Source of the DNA: Octopus vulgaris
Lineage: Eukaryota
Length of the DNA stretch: 64,000 nt
Assembly: GCA_951406725.2 (NCBI GenBank)
Contig: OX597817.1
Span: 52,080,001 to 52,144,000 of the forward strand
Direction: 5' to 3'
Shown here: positions 27,001-41,076 of the stretch, piece by piece
How the letters are laid out: each line of letters begins with the position of its first letter
How positions within the stretch are numbered: the first letter of the stretch is position 1
Made by a program: the position numbers and the translations under genes
Notes under the pieces: generated by a model
What the model saw: only the letters and a program-made list of their open reading frames with translations
The model's database searches: none
What the model was told of the DNA's origin: nothing

Positions 27001-28722
27001 CTTCCATACAGTTTCCACATACCAAATTTATTCACAAGGCATTGGTTGGCCTGAGGCTATAGTAGAAGACATTTCTCCAAGGTGCTACACAGTGGGACTG
27101 AACTCAAAACCACATGGTTGGGAAATCTCCACGAGTTTGTATTTGTTTCTGTCATTGAACAGTGGTCATGCTGGAGCATTGCCTTATAGGATTATTTAAA
27201 CAAATCAATCCCAGTACTTAGTTTTTTTTTAGCATATTGTGTATTTTGTTGATCTCTTATGCTGAACTGTTAGGTTGAGGATACGTAAACCCACCAATTC
27301 TGGTTGTCAGGCATTGGAGAGACAAACACATGTACAGGACATTAAAATAAAAATGTATTAGGGATGATTTATTTGACTAAAAATTCTTCAAGGCAACAAC
27401 GCCCCCCCCCCCAGGATGGCTGCCATCTAATGATTGAAACAAGTAAAAGATAGATTTTTTTTTTTTTTAAATGCTCTTTTCTTTCCTTATGAATCCTTAC
27501 GAGTTGATAGAAGGTGAAGGAGTGCAAGGTAACAGGTGTTGCTGGGAATAACAAAAACAAATCTAAAAACCTTGTATTCAGTGACATAACGGGGCTAAAC
27601 TGAATAATCAATACTCTTGGTGGGAAAAAAAATGTGAAGGAAAAAAACAAAAGACAGCCCCCCCCCCTGTTTACACCGAATCACCATTCACTGCAGTTGT
27701 AAGATAATGCGTAATAAAACCTGTCTGTCTGTCTGTCAGCTTTGGTAATGTAGTCATTTGCCGGCTTCTTTGATGTGTGTGTAATTACAGCAACTGACAG
27801 CAGCTTTTGTTCTCTCACCAGCAATCGTTACTCCTGCAGCTACATGTAGCACACACAACTACATTCATATATACATACATGCGCACACCTATATACATAC
27901 ACATGCAATATGTAGTTCATTTTCTAAACAGCTTAGAGTAAGGAGATGTCTGTTGATGGTTATGCTGTTAATGTGTTGTTGGCAAGTGTTGTTGTTTAGC
28001 CCAGGTCTGTTCCGGCCAAATGGACTTAGGAACAAAGACATTCAAGCCATGACCATCACATCTTTTTTTTTTTTTTTTCCAGATATAGTTCACCTAGGAA
28101 TAAATTATCTAATGTATTATTCTTCCTTTTAGTGAGATGGTAGACTGTGATTTTAGTATGGTTTGGCTATTGTTTCTAGCATGTTATGTGGTTACATAGG
28201 TACTCTCCTTGAGTAATTAAAACTTAATTTGTTTAAGATATGGGCAGCATATGTGTATCATATTCATTGTCATATATATGTGTGTGTATATATGTATATA
28301 TATATTTATGTGTGTGTGTATATGTTTATGTGTCTGTGTTTGTTCCCCCAACATCGCTTGACAACTGATGCTGGTGTGTTTACGTCCCCATAACTTAGCA
28401 GTTTGGCAAAAGAGACCGATAGAATAAGTACTAGACTTACATCCACTTTTCCGTATGTTCACGGGTCAGACAAAATTTGCTGTAGATTTTCTGTAAGCCT
28501 CATGCCGTTCCTGTTGCTCTCACCTATTTCAAAGCAATGTAATATTTTTCACAGAAGACAGGAAAACAAACAGCATGCTTTCTTATGACCATCACATGAT
28601 GTCAAGATAGCACGCACGCACACACACACACTGTTTTGCACATCAACCCATGAAACAGCTGGATTTAATGTCGCTGACATTGGCTAAGTAATATCGATGC
28701 AGAGACGCACACATATACACAC

Positions 28723-29132
28723 TGTGGAGGCACATGGCCTAGTGATTAGAGCAGCGGACTCACGGTCGAGGGATCGCGGGTTCGAATCTCAGACCGGGCG
28801 ATGTGTGTGTTTATGAGCTCCACGCGGTCGAGGGATCATGGGTTCGAATCTCAGACCGGGCGATGTGTGTATTTATGAGCTCCACGTGGTCGAAGGATCA
28901 CGGGTTCGAATCTCAGACCGGGCGATGTGTGTGTTTATAAGCTCCACGCGGCTCCGGCAGAAGGTAATGGCAAACTTCTACTGACTCTTTCGCCACAACT
29001 TTCTCTCACTCTTTCCTCCTGCATCTTGCAGCTCACCTGCGACGGACCGGCGTTCCATCCAGGTGGGGAACCTATACACCAAGGAAACCAGGAAACTGGC
29101 TCTTATGATTCAGGCATGGCTCGAGAAGGAAC
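28723..29132 (+). mobile_element. tRNA-derived SINE family D (V-domain-like) with triplicated B-box unit; second copy 25868-26182 (-)
   Basis: tggcctagtg..tagagc A-box, gggttcgaatctc B-box x3, cctgcgacggaccggcgt.ccatccaggtgg domain. Confidence 0.85.
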
Positions 29133-30365
29133 ATATACACACTATATATTGTAGGCTTCTGTACAGTTTCCATCTACCAAATTTCATTCACAAGGCTTTG
29201 ATCAACATAAGAGTAGTGATTGAAGACAGTTTCCCAATATAACATGCAGTGAAACCAGACCCAAATGGCTGCTGAGTTGAACTTCTTAACCTTACTGTAA
29301 CGTCTACAACTATGTATACGTGTATATGTATACACTATATGAGGTGATCTGTACAATGCACTTTTTTTAAAAAATAAATATTTCAAAAATATCCCCTCGG
29401 ATCCTGTATGTGAACTTGGGCCTCACATAAAGCTAATTTTTGTCCTTCACTTCTATAGGCATATGAGTGGCTGTGTGGTAAGTATCTTGCTTACAAACCA
29501 CATGGTTCTGGATTCAGTCCCACTGCGTGGCACCTTGGGCAAGTGTCTTCTTCTATAGCCTCGGGCCGACCAAAGCCTTGTGAGTGGATTTGGTAGATGG
29601 AAACTGAAAGAAGCCCGTCGTATATATGTATATATATATTTATGTGTGTGTGTATATGTTTATGTGTCCGTGCTTGTCTCTCCAACATCGCTTGACAACC
29701 GATGCTGGTGTGTTTACGTCCTCGTAACTTAGTGGTTCGGCAAAAGAGACCAATAGAATAAGTACTAGGCTTATAAAGAATAAGTCCTGGGGTCGATTTG
29801 CTCGACTAAAGGTGGTGCTCCAGCATGGCCACAGTCAAATGACTGAAGAGAGTAGGCTCATTTTAATCCAGATGGTCACATCTACTTAGCCTGACTTCAT
29901 AATAATATTTAAACATTATTATTATACCTCGTTCAGAGACTTATTATTATAATTATTATTATTCAAGTAGGGAGCTACATTCTGAGTTCAAATTCCGCTG
30001 AGGTTGGCTTTGCCTTTCTTCCTTTTGGGGATGATAAATTAAGTACCAGTGAAACATTGGAGTTAATGTATTCAACTAGTCTCCCCCCCCCCAATTTCAG
30101 GTCTTGTGCCTTTAATAGAAAGGATATAATTATTAAAGTAGGGAGCTTGGCAGAATCATTAGGGTGTCTGACAAAATGTTTAGTCGCATTTCATCCATCT
30201 TTATGTTCTGGGTTCAAATGCTGCTGGAGTTGACTTCACCTTTCATCGTTTTGGGGTCAATAAAATAAGTACCATTTGAGCACTGGGGTCACTGGAATCA
30301 GCTTAAACTCTTCCCTGAAATTGTTGGCCTTCTGCCAAAGTTTGAAACCAATATTAAAGGCGGCG

Positions 30366-30676
30366 AGCTGGCAGAATCGTTAGCACGCCAGGCGAAATGC
30401 TTAGTGGTATTTCATCTGCTGTTATGTTCTGAGTTCAAATTCCGCGGAGGTCAACTCTGCCTTTCATCCTGTAAGCAATGGGGTCAATGTCATCATCATC
30501 ATCATCGTTTAGCGTCCGCTGATGACATTGACCCCATTGCTTAACCGGTATTTTATTTATTGACCCTGAAAGGATGAAAGGCAGAGTCGACCTCCGCGGA
30601 ATTTGAACTCAGAACATAACGGCAGATGAAATACCACTAAGCATTTCGCCCGGTGTGCTAACGATTCTGCCAGCTC
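30366..30676. repeat. Fold-back inverted duplication of a family C SINE
   Basis: gagctggcagaatcg...gtcaatgtcatca mirrored by tgatgacattgac...cgattctgccagctc. Confidence 0.88.
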
Positions 30677-31669
30677 ACACGCATATTTCGTAAAGTACTG
30701 TCTGTCTGAGGTCCTTGTTGTGACTTGATAAACAGCACAAACCCCCTGTAAGCAATACCTTCAATCAATAACCTCACAATATTGTATACTGTACGTCTGT
30801 AATAATAATAACAATAATTATTACAGACGTTGTACAGTATACAATATTGTGAGAATCAACTTAATCCCTTTGTTTGTCCCCTCTATGTTTAGCCCCTTGT
30901 GAACAATAAAAAAAAATTTATTATTATTACTTCTACTTAAAAGGGATTATAACAACAGACTGGTTATGTTCACTTGTACCAGCTAATTCATTACGACTAA
31001 ACATTGTATTTTCTTGCTTTATGTCCAATTACACTCTCTTTACTTGTTTCAGTCATTTGACTGCGGCCCTGCTGGAGCGCAGCCTTTAGTCGAGCAGTTC
31101 GACCCCAGGACTTATTCTTTGTAAGCCTAATACTTATTCTATCGGTCTCTTTTGCCGAACTGCTAAGTTATGGGGACATAAACACACCAGCATCGGTTGT
31201 CAAGCGATGTTGGGGGGACAAACACAGACACACAAACACACACACATATATATATATATACATATATATACGACGGGCTTCTTTCAGTTTCCGTCCACCA
31301 AGTCCACTCACAAGGCTTTGGTTGGCCTGACGCTATAGCAGAAGACACTTGCCCAAGGCGCCACGCAGTGGGATTGAACCCAGAACCATGTGGTTGGTAA
31401 GCAAGCTACTTACCACACAGCCACTCCTGCGCCTATACAATAATGCTTTTTTAACCCATAGTACAAGTATTGAACCCACATGGTTCCAGGTTCAGTCCCA
31501 CTGTGTGGCAACTTGGGCAAGTATCTTCTACTATAGCGTCGGGCCGACCAAAGCCTTGTGAGTGGATTTGATAGACGGAAACTGAAAGAAGCCCGTCGTA
31601 TATATATATGTGTGTGTGTGTATGTTTTGTAATGCACTGCTAGATTGGCTTCAATATTACCTACATTAA

Positions 31670-31878
31670 CCCTTTAGCATTTAAACCAACCACATCCAAC
31701 CCAAATATTCTACTTGTTTTATGTTCAAATTGACCAGATCTGGGCCCCTGCCATCTACCCAATAATTTCTTTCAGAAAACAAACAATCACATCATCAAAA
31801 TTTCAATGCATGATTAATTCAAAGCAATATGGATAAATAAGCCATTCCGTTTGTGAGAATAACCTGAATACTAAAGGG
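31670..31878. mobile_element. piggyBac-like MITE (TTAA TSD)
   Basis: TTAA|ccctttagcatt ... aatactaaaggg|TTAA. Confidence 0.78.
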
Positions 31879-32269
31879 TTAATTCTCTCAAAGATTTTTG
31901 TCCCTGAATCTGCACTCCTAAAATTGATGTTCATCTGATCCAGTGGAAAGATGAAGAGGGGTCGTTGAAGAAAAGTAGGGCAATAATAGGGTGACTGGAG
32001 GGTGGTGTTGTGGATGTAAACCCCCATCTCACCCCCTAAAAAATGGGTCAATTAGGTTATGTTTTTATTTGTGAAATACTGTTGTTTTGAATTTGCTGCA
32101 GAGAGTGGTCTGCATTTGTGGTGCTGAGTTTGGTTGGGGATTGGCACTAGGAATGTGGCTCGAGTGTGAAGGGGGTAGCAGCCCGAAAAAATTTGGGAAT
32201 CACTGATCTTATCTGTCCATGTGTCTGTATGTATATATATATATATTAACAGTATCACACCATACTAAT

Positions 32270-32512
32270 CATATCTGTCGGGCATGTGGAAGAAAGTGTA
32301 ATTCGGCGGGAGGACTTAAACGACATGCAAAGGTACATGAAGCCCAGTTACAACTACAGCCAGCCGGCTATTGCTGGTAAAGGTTTTAGCTGCCAATTCT
32401 GTACAAGACATTGTAGATCTTTAGCTGGGCTAAAAAGTCACATTCGATCACAGCACCAATAACAGTTAAGCTTCGTGCAATGGCCATACTTGATAACGAG
32501 GGGGCAGCCATC
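32270..32512 (+). mobile_element. LINE (RTE-like) 3' end encoding two C2H2 zinc fingers
   Basis: CRACGRKCNSAGGLKRHAKVH and, after a frameshift, CQFCTRHCRSLAGLKSHIRSQHQ*, then a short 3'UTR and microsatellite tail. Confidence 0.7.
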
Positions 32513-34887
32513 ATATGTATATATACATCATCATCATCATCAACTAGAGTACATGTGTGTCTGCATCTATTTGTGTTGACTGAGCTAAATAGGTGTTTGA
32601 GTTAGCGGGTTGAATTATTAGTAACCAATAAAATAAGTACCAATGCTAAAAATACCGGGCTGATCTGATCAGTAGTGTTAGTACCTTAGTATGGACATGG
32701 TCCAATTACAAAACCGATAAATGAATATTTGTGTGTGTGTGTGTGTCTAATCTCTTCAATCCAGCTTTCTATTGATGTCTTCTGCTTTCCTATCACCCCC
32801 ACCCCCCACCCTGCTATTGATTTGTTAATTGGTCGGCTGCATCTGTTAATATAACATTGTCGGTGTATGTCATCCCAACCAGTTAGGGTGGTGTGTGTGT
32901 GTGTTATATATATAGCTTTTATCTTTTGTTTCTGGCATAGGGTTGTGGCCATACTGGGGTACTGCTTTAAAGTGTCTTTAGTTTAACAAAGTACCCCAGC
33001 ACATATGTTTTTAAAAGCCTAGAACTTTTGATCCCATCCATACACACACACACACACAAAACAAGCTTCTTTTGGCTCCCATCTACTAAATCCATTCACA
33101 AGGCTCTGGCTGACCCAGGGCTATAGAATAAGATACTTGCCCAAGGTGCCACACAGTGGGACTGAAACCAAAACCTTGTGGTTGGGAAGCAAATTTCTTA
33201 CCACACAGCCATGCCTGTGTCTCTGTGAATATCATCATCGTCGTTTAACATCCGCTTTCCATGCTGGCATGGGTTGGCCAGCTTGACTGAGGGCTGGTGA
33301 GCCAGAAAGCTGCACCAGGCCCTAATTCAATCTGGCTAAGTGTCTCCAGCTGGATGCCCTTCCTAACACCAACCACTCTGAGAGTGTAGTGGGTGCTTTT
33401 TACATGCCACCAGCACGAGGGCCAGTCAGGTGGTACTGGCATCAACCACGTTTTAATGGTGCTTTTTAGGTGCCACTGGCATGGGAGCCAGTCAGGCGGT
33501 ACTGGCAACAATCACACTCAAATGGTGCTTTCTATGTGCCAACGGTATGGGAGCCAGTCAGGCAGTACTGGCAACAATCACGCTCGAATGGTGCTTTTTA
33601 CGTGCCACTGGCACAGGAGCCAATGAGGCAGCACTGGCAACAATCACACTCATGTGGTGCTTTTTATGTGCCACCAGTACGGGACCAGTCAGGCAGTACT
33701 GGCATCGACCATGCTTGAATATGTGTATATATTATTATTTACACCATCAACACCAGCCTAGCTGAAACCCTCTCTGGCTCTGTATTACAAATGTCTTATT
33801 TTCATGGGTTTTGGATTAAAATCTTCCACCAAAATTAGTCACAATTTATGTTCCTAACACCAGCTTAATGATAACTAAGTTATTTTACTAAATTCTTTGT
33901 TATTTTAAAAATTAATTGAAAGAAACAAAGAGCACTTCAAAATAATACAGTAACGAAAGGGTTAAATTTTTTTAAGCTTCTTACAGAATCCTAGCCTACT
34001 GGGCTCAGCTGAGCAGATATATGTAACACCTACAAAATGTATTGAGTACCTCTTTATTTTGTTTGTCCACGCCACCCCTCTTGTAAAATTTTAATACTAA
34101 AAGGTATCTAGAAATTCTTCAGTTTAACCCTTTTTGTTACCAATCTGCCTGAGACCACCTCTAGTTAGTTCCATAACACAAACTCACTGTTTTAAAATTA
34201 TCTAAGTTAAAGGCTTTGGGTTATTTTATGTTCCAAACACCAGCTTAGTAAAATGACAAAGTTGTTTTACTAAATTCTTCATTTTGAAAAATATTTGTAA
34301 CAAAAGCTGTGCAATTCAACAAAAATATGCTTTATGTTCAACTGTATATGTGTCTGTGAATCATGTGTGTGAATATATATTATCTATTTATCTATCTATC
34401 TGAAGACCTGTTGGGGGCAAGTGAAATCGAAATTGAAGCAAATTCAATGACTGGCACCCATGCCAGTTGAGCGCTAACAGCTCAATCCGAGTGGGATCAC
34501 TGCCAGAGCAGCTGTCTGGTATGTAAAGAGCACCATTTGAGCATGATCGTTGTCAGCGTCACCTCACTGGCACGTGAACAAAACATTCGAGCGAGGTCGT
34601 TGCCAGTGCTGCTAAACTGGCTCCTGTGCAGGTGGCACATAAAAAACACCATTTTCGAGCATGACTGTTGGCAGTACCGCCAGACTGGCCCTCGTGCCGG
34701 TGGCACTTTAAAAGCACCCACTACACTCTCGGAGTGGTTGGCGTTAGGAAGGGCATCCAGCTGTAGAAATTCTGCCAGACCAGATTGAAGCCTGGCGCAA
34801 CCATCTGGTTCGCCAGTCCTCAGTCAAATCGTCCAACCCATGCTAGCATGGAAAGCAGACGTTAAACAATGATGATGATAATGAAGA

Positions 34888-34889
<2 letters not shown>

Positions 34890-34933
<44 letters not shown>

Positions 34934-35122
34934 TATTTATATATATATTTATATATTTATTTATTTATTTATATATTTATATATTTATTTATTTATATAT
35001 ATATTTATATATTTATTTATTTATATATATATTTATATATTTATTTATTTATATATATATTTATATATTTATTTATTTATATATATATTTATTTATTTAT
35101 TTATTTATATATATATATATAT
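34890..35122. repeat. (AT)n/(ATTT)n low-complexity tract
   Basis: Direct inspection. Confidence 0.95.
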
Positions 35123-35480
35123 AAATTAAATTAGAGATAAAACCATTATTAAGCAATTCAAACAGTGATAGACATAAGCCAATGTATAAATAACAAATAA
35201 TATAAATATAATTAATATTATATATAATATATATATATTGGAGTGGTTGGCATTAGGAAGGGCATACAACTGTAGAAACCATGCCAAATCAGATTGGAAC
35301 TTGGTGTGGTTCCTCAGCTTACCAGTTTTCAGTCAATTGGTTTATGTCTATTACTGTTTGAGTTGCTTAATAGTGGTTTTATTTCTAATTTACTTTATAT
35401 TTATACTGTGAAATTTGATTTAATCCTAAATCTAATTTTTCCCTGTAAGTTTGGACATACTCCCTAATATTATTATTATC

Positions 35481-35529
<49 letters not shown>

Positions 35530-35700
35530 GAGATAGGGGTTGTAAATTCAACCCTCCATGGGATAACATATATCCAATATACTGCTAGAGAAGTACCCAA
35601 CAAAGCTAATACATAAATGTTAAAAATTGCGATGCGATTAATTCATTTACTGTATTAGGTGGGCAAAGGTAAAATTATTTTTACCATAAATTAATAATAC

Positions 35701-36433
35701 AAAATGAGAAAATGGAGAAATATATCTAAATCAATCATCAACTATCAGATAATACCGAATCATATACTTTATTAAAACACAACACAATAGCAATGAGATT
35801 AGACATTAATACAGTACAATAATTACAATCAATATGGTGAGATATAACTAAATAAATATAACAAGATATAAAAATACATATACATTATAACTGACAGCTG
35901 TTTCGGCCATGAAGATTGGTATGTCTCATTTAACCTATTAGCCATATATTGCAGGTATAAATGAGACATTAACAAGAATATCTTACGGCCGCTTCGGAGA
36001 TTCTAATGCAAGTATGAGTACAAACCCTAAAATAATTTACATATAAATATAAATATGAGTGCATACATACTCATATCCTTACATATATATACATATACAT
36101 ATACAAGGGTTTGTACTCATACTTGCATTAGAATTTCCGAAGAGGCCGTAAGATATTCTTGTTAATATCTCATTTATACCTGCAATATATGGCTAATAGG
36201 TTAAATGAGACATACCTATCTTCATGGCCGAAACAGCTGTCAGTTATAATGTATATGTATTTTTATATCTTGTTATATTTATTTAGTTATATCTCACCAT
36301 ATTGATTGTAATTATTGTACTGTATTAATGTCTAATCTCATTGCTATTGTGTAGTGTTTTAATAAAGTATATGATTCGGTATTATCTGATAGTTGATGAT
36401 TGATTTAGATATATTTCTCCATTTTCTCATTTT
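35701..36433. repeat. ~330-bp-arm inverted repeat of a Penelope-like sequence, each arm carrying a hammerhead-like motif
   Basis: 35701-36028 is the near-perfect reverse complement of 36106-36433; homologous to 12178-12535. Confidence 0.9.
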
Positions 36434-36676
36434 ACATATATATATATATATATATATATGCGCACGCGTATGCACACACTTATCTATTTCCACTCTGTTT
36501 GTATATATAGTTTCTCTCTGAAAATTCAGTAATATGATCTGAAATAGATTCAAATGTAATTGATGTTAAATCCTGTGTAAGTATGTAAAAGGATTAATCT
36601 AAAGCCACTCCTTACCTTCACCTCTTTATTATCTACCTTATCTTTCTTTGCAAGATCTCTCCCAGTTATCTTTCTT

Positions 36677-36710
<34 letters not shown>

Positions 36711-37253
36711 CTATCTATCTATCTATCTATCTCTATCTCTCAGGAATGTCTGGAATAGTAACATAACATCATAGTATTTACCATTGTTGAACTGTTTGTC
36801 TATTTTCATACCTTGATATATTTGCAAGCAACTTTCCATTATTCTCTTTTGTTGTCTTTGTCGACCAGTTTTATGCATTACATGCAATTAATGGAAAATA
36901 TTTAATTGTAAATGTATTTGTCCTTCCTCTCTCGAATGTTTTGGATCTATGTATGTATTATAGAGTGGTTACGTGTGGTGTACAGATATTGAATACTGAG
37001 AAGAACGGTCGCTAGAATTTGAGGAAAAATCTTTTTCTTTATTCATTATTATTAGTGCTTTCGTTTGTTTCTCGAACTTGGTAAATAGAATTTTGTGAAT
37101 GTACAAACAGCTTGTTTGTACACTCACAAAATTCTATTTGACAAGTTTGAGAAACAAACGAAAGCGCTAATAATAATGAATCAATAAAAAGATTTTCCCA
37201 AAATTCTGGCGACCTTTTTTTCTCTCTTTCTGTATGTATGTATGTATATATAA

Positions 37254-37293
<40 letters not shown>

Positions 37294-37432
37294 AGAGTTT
37301 ACGAAAAAGACAAAAGACGAAGACATGTGGTGTACAAAACAAACAGATGTATTAGTATAACGCTCAGGAATAGAAAAAGTCTTTTACATTTCGAGCCTAC
37401 GCTCTTCTACAGAAAAGGACACAGAAAAAAAC

Positions 37433-37464
<32 letters not shown>

Positions 37465-38813
37465 GCATATCTATATACACATCTTTTATAGATAGAAAAC
37501 ATTTAAATGTGTCTATTTGTTCATTTGTTTTTATATCAGGTTTTTTTTCCATGCTAGCATGGGTTAGCTGGAAACTTATTTTGAGGTCGAGTTTTACAGT
37601 GGCACATGTCTTTGTGGTTATGGTGTTGGTTTCAATTCCTGGATGGGGCAATGCATTGTGTTTTTTTAGTAAAACACTTCATTTCACATTGCCTCAGTCC
37701 ACTCAGCTGGTTGTAAAGGAGTTCTCATGCGACTGACCGGTGTCCTGTCAGAGGAGGAACATATACATCAGAGAAACTGGGAAACTGGCCCTATTCTCCT
37801 TATAAAGTAATGTGGGCTATCATCATCATTGTTTAATGTCCATTTTCTATGTTGGCATGGGTTTGACTGAAAACTGGTAAGCTGGAGAGCCACACCAAGT
37901 TCCAATCTGATTTGGCATGGCTTCTGCAGTTGGATGCCCTTCCTAATGCCAACCTCTCCAACATACCCACTGCAACCACATGCATGTAGTGGGTGCCACC
38001 ACCACTGGCATCAACCACAACTGCAATCTTGCTTGGCTTGACAAGACGATACCCCGAAATGACTGCAGTCAAAGAATGAAATGAATAAAATAGATCTATA
38101 CTCTGTGTGTGTGCGTATTCTGCTATTCAAAGTGTCTGGAATGACACAATTCTTTGCACTGAACAACTGGAACACTGATTCACAGAAATTTATGCAAATT
38201 GCCTATATAAGACGTTTATCAGCTTTAATCCAGGACATCCACTAGTTTAGGTTTAGTGGTAGGCAGAGAGTGGTGTTTTCTTTAGCTCTCCTAGATTAGG
38301 ACTCCTAAGTATATAATCTTCATTTAAAAACTTAACTGTTAATGTATACCATGTAATTATATTCATGCTTGTATGTTTATATATTATCATTGTCATTATT
38401 ATATTTATTTTTTTTTTTAAGCGCTGATGTGGCTGTGTGGTAACAAGTTTGTTTTGCAACCACATGGTCTCAGGTTCAGTTCCACTATGTGGCACCCTGA
38501 ACACGTGTCTTCTACTTGAGCCCTGGGCCAGCCAAAACCCTCTGAGTGAATTTTATAAATGGAAACTGAAAAAAGCCCATCATTTATATATATATATTTT
38601 TTATATTTTACTTGCTTCAGTCACTTGGCTGCACCCATGCTGGAGCACTGCCTTTAGTCAAAAAAATCAACCCCAGGACTTATTCTTTGTATGCCTTGTG
38701 CTTATTCTATCGGTCTTTTTTGTTGAACCACTAAGTTATGGGGACATAAACACACCAACATTGGTTGTCAAGTGATAGTGGGGGAACAAACACAGACACA
38801 CAAATATATACAT

Positions 38814-38851
<38 letters not shown>

Positions 38852-39494
38852 CTGAGCGCCCTCGCGTCGTTTCATTTCTTTTCTCCAAGTAAGTTTTTAT
38901 ACATATATATATATATATATATGCACACACGGCAGGCTTCTTTCAGTTTCCATCTACCAAATCCACTCACACAGCTTTGGTCGGACGTTAAACGATGATG
39001 ATGAAATATATTTATACATCTTTGATATATTTTAATATATTTATGTATCAATGTTCACATCTGTATATTTTTTAATGTATCAATTACCCTATATATTATT
39101 TATGTATTTTTAATATTTCTATATATTCATATGTTTTTAATGTAGTTATGTATTTTAATATATTCTATATAATAATTAAGTATGTTCTTCTGGTGATTCT
39201 TCCATATCAATTCTACTAATGTAGAGTGGCTGTGTGGTAAGTAGCTTGTTTACCAATCACATGGTTCCGGGTTCAGTCCCACTGCGTGGCACCTGGGGCA
39301 AATGTCGTCTACTATAGCCTCGGGCCGACCAAAGGCTTGTGAGTGGATTTGGTAGACGGAAACTGAAAGAAGCCCGTCGTATATCAAACAGCTGTAAAAA
39401 AAAAAAAACGGGATAAAAGATATTTTTACCTCTCTCTTTTCCTGGACTTCAATTCTTATTATACACTTTAAATTGGTGTTTCCTGAATTTTCAG

Positions 39495-39552
39495 ATGCTT
39501 AGTAAATTTAAAGTGGATCCTAAATTTAATTACTTTGCTACCTGCCAGCCAG
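39495..39552 (+). CDS. TTC27: TTC27 probable first coding exon ([19 protein letters not shown]+g)
   Basis: tttcag acceptor directly followed by ATG, open 58 nt, donor AG|gtacc; phase 1 matches the next exon. No homology recognised for this peptide. Confidence 0.55.
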
Positions 39553-41008
39553 GTACCTGGCTAGAGTGGTTGCATTAAGTTCCCGTTTGATTCTCTAAAT
39601 CATTTAAAAAATTTTTTTTCTATTTCATATATATATATATATGCCCTTATTTTGTAAATTATTTATAAACTTAACCTTTAAAGATATTTTTTGATATGCT
39701 GGCCAATGATAAAAATTTTTTCCCGAAAAACATTTTATCCTACATTAGTTATATATATGTATGTATATTTATGTGGGGTTTTTTTTTTTTTTTTTTTTTC
39801 TTAGAATCCGAATTGCCGGTGATCGTTGGAAACTTTCTATCTGGTAATTATGAAGCTGTCATTGCCGATCCATTTACCACAGAAGTGGTCGGTGGAGATT
39901 TGGAAGAACTTCAGCCTTCAGAAATCCAAGCACTAGTTCTCAAAAATATCAATTCTCTCCTGTCTACAGACCCTAAAAGGTAAAAGTCATGGACACTGAA
40001 CATACTTTATTCTTTTCTTTTTTGTGTTTTTTAAGATTTTTTTCATCTGAGGGCTTGTTAGGACAAATGTTTTATAAATAAACTAGTACTGTGACCCAGC
40101 GTTGCCAGGTCATAGTGCTAGTGCATGCATATACAGCTGCATGCATGTGCACATACACACGAGTACTGTCCAAATCTCCGACCAATCACATACAGCTAGC
40201 TGGCATTCAATTGGCTTATCAAGTTCCGGGCATTTTGATTGGGTTTTGGATAGAAAATTCACAAAAAAAGTCACTTCTATTGATTTTTTAATGGCTTTGT
40301 TGGGCGACTGGGGAAATGTAAAGATGTGCACGACCACCCTTGGACGATTTTGAATGACCATAGAAAGTGTGAGCCCTCTAACTGAAAAATTGTGGATTTG
40401 TATAAAGGACACACACACAGACAGACATTTTGCCGTTTATATATATTGTGATGTTTGTCCATCTTAATTTTATGTGGTAGATATAACAACTGTTTATAAA
40501 TACATTGATTAAATATACATAGATTTATGCCAGCATATATGTATGCATGTATCATCATCCTTTAGCGTTAATTTTCCATGCTGGCATGTGTTGGACAGTT
40601 TGACCAGAGCCGGAGAGCTGCACCAAGTTCTAATCTGTTTTGGCATGGATTCTACGGCTGGATGCCCTTCCTAATCCCAACCACATTACAGTAGGTGCTG
40701 GATGCTTATAATGTGGCCCCACGAGTGCTTTTACATGGCATCAGTACAAGACTCTTGCAGGCCAACCCTCTTTACCAGGGGATATCTCAGTCCTTTGTCA
40801 TTTCATCTGAGAGGTTCAGCATCCGAAAGTCATCCTTCAGGACTTCATCCAATATCTTCCTGGGTCCCCATCTTTAATCTGTTCCATCCACTGATTTGAA
40901 AAATCAGCACTTTTTTATGCATCTAATATTGTGTATATTTATATATATATATATATATGGTCCCACCCATGCTAGCATGGAAGACGGACATTAAATGATG
41001 ATGATGAT

Positions 41009-41076
<68 letters not shown>

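Noticed and set aside
33390-33720. CRISPR-like regularly spaced repeats
   Set aside because: Eukaryotic retroposon minisatellite; spacers are mutually homologous and there are no cas genes.
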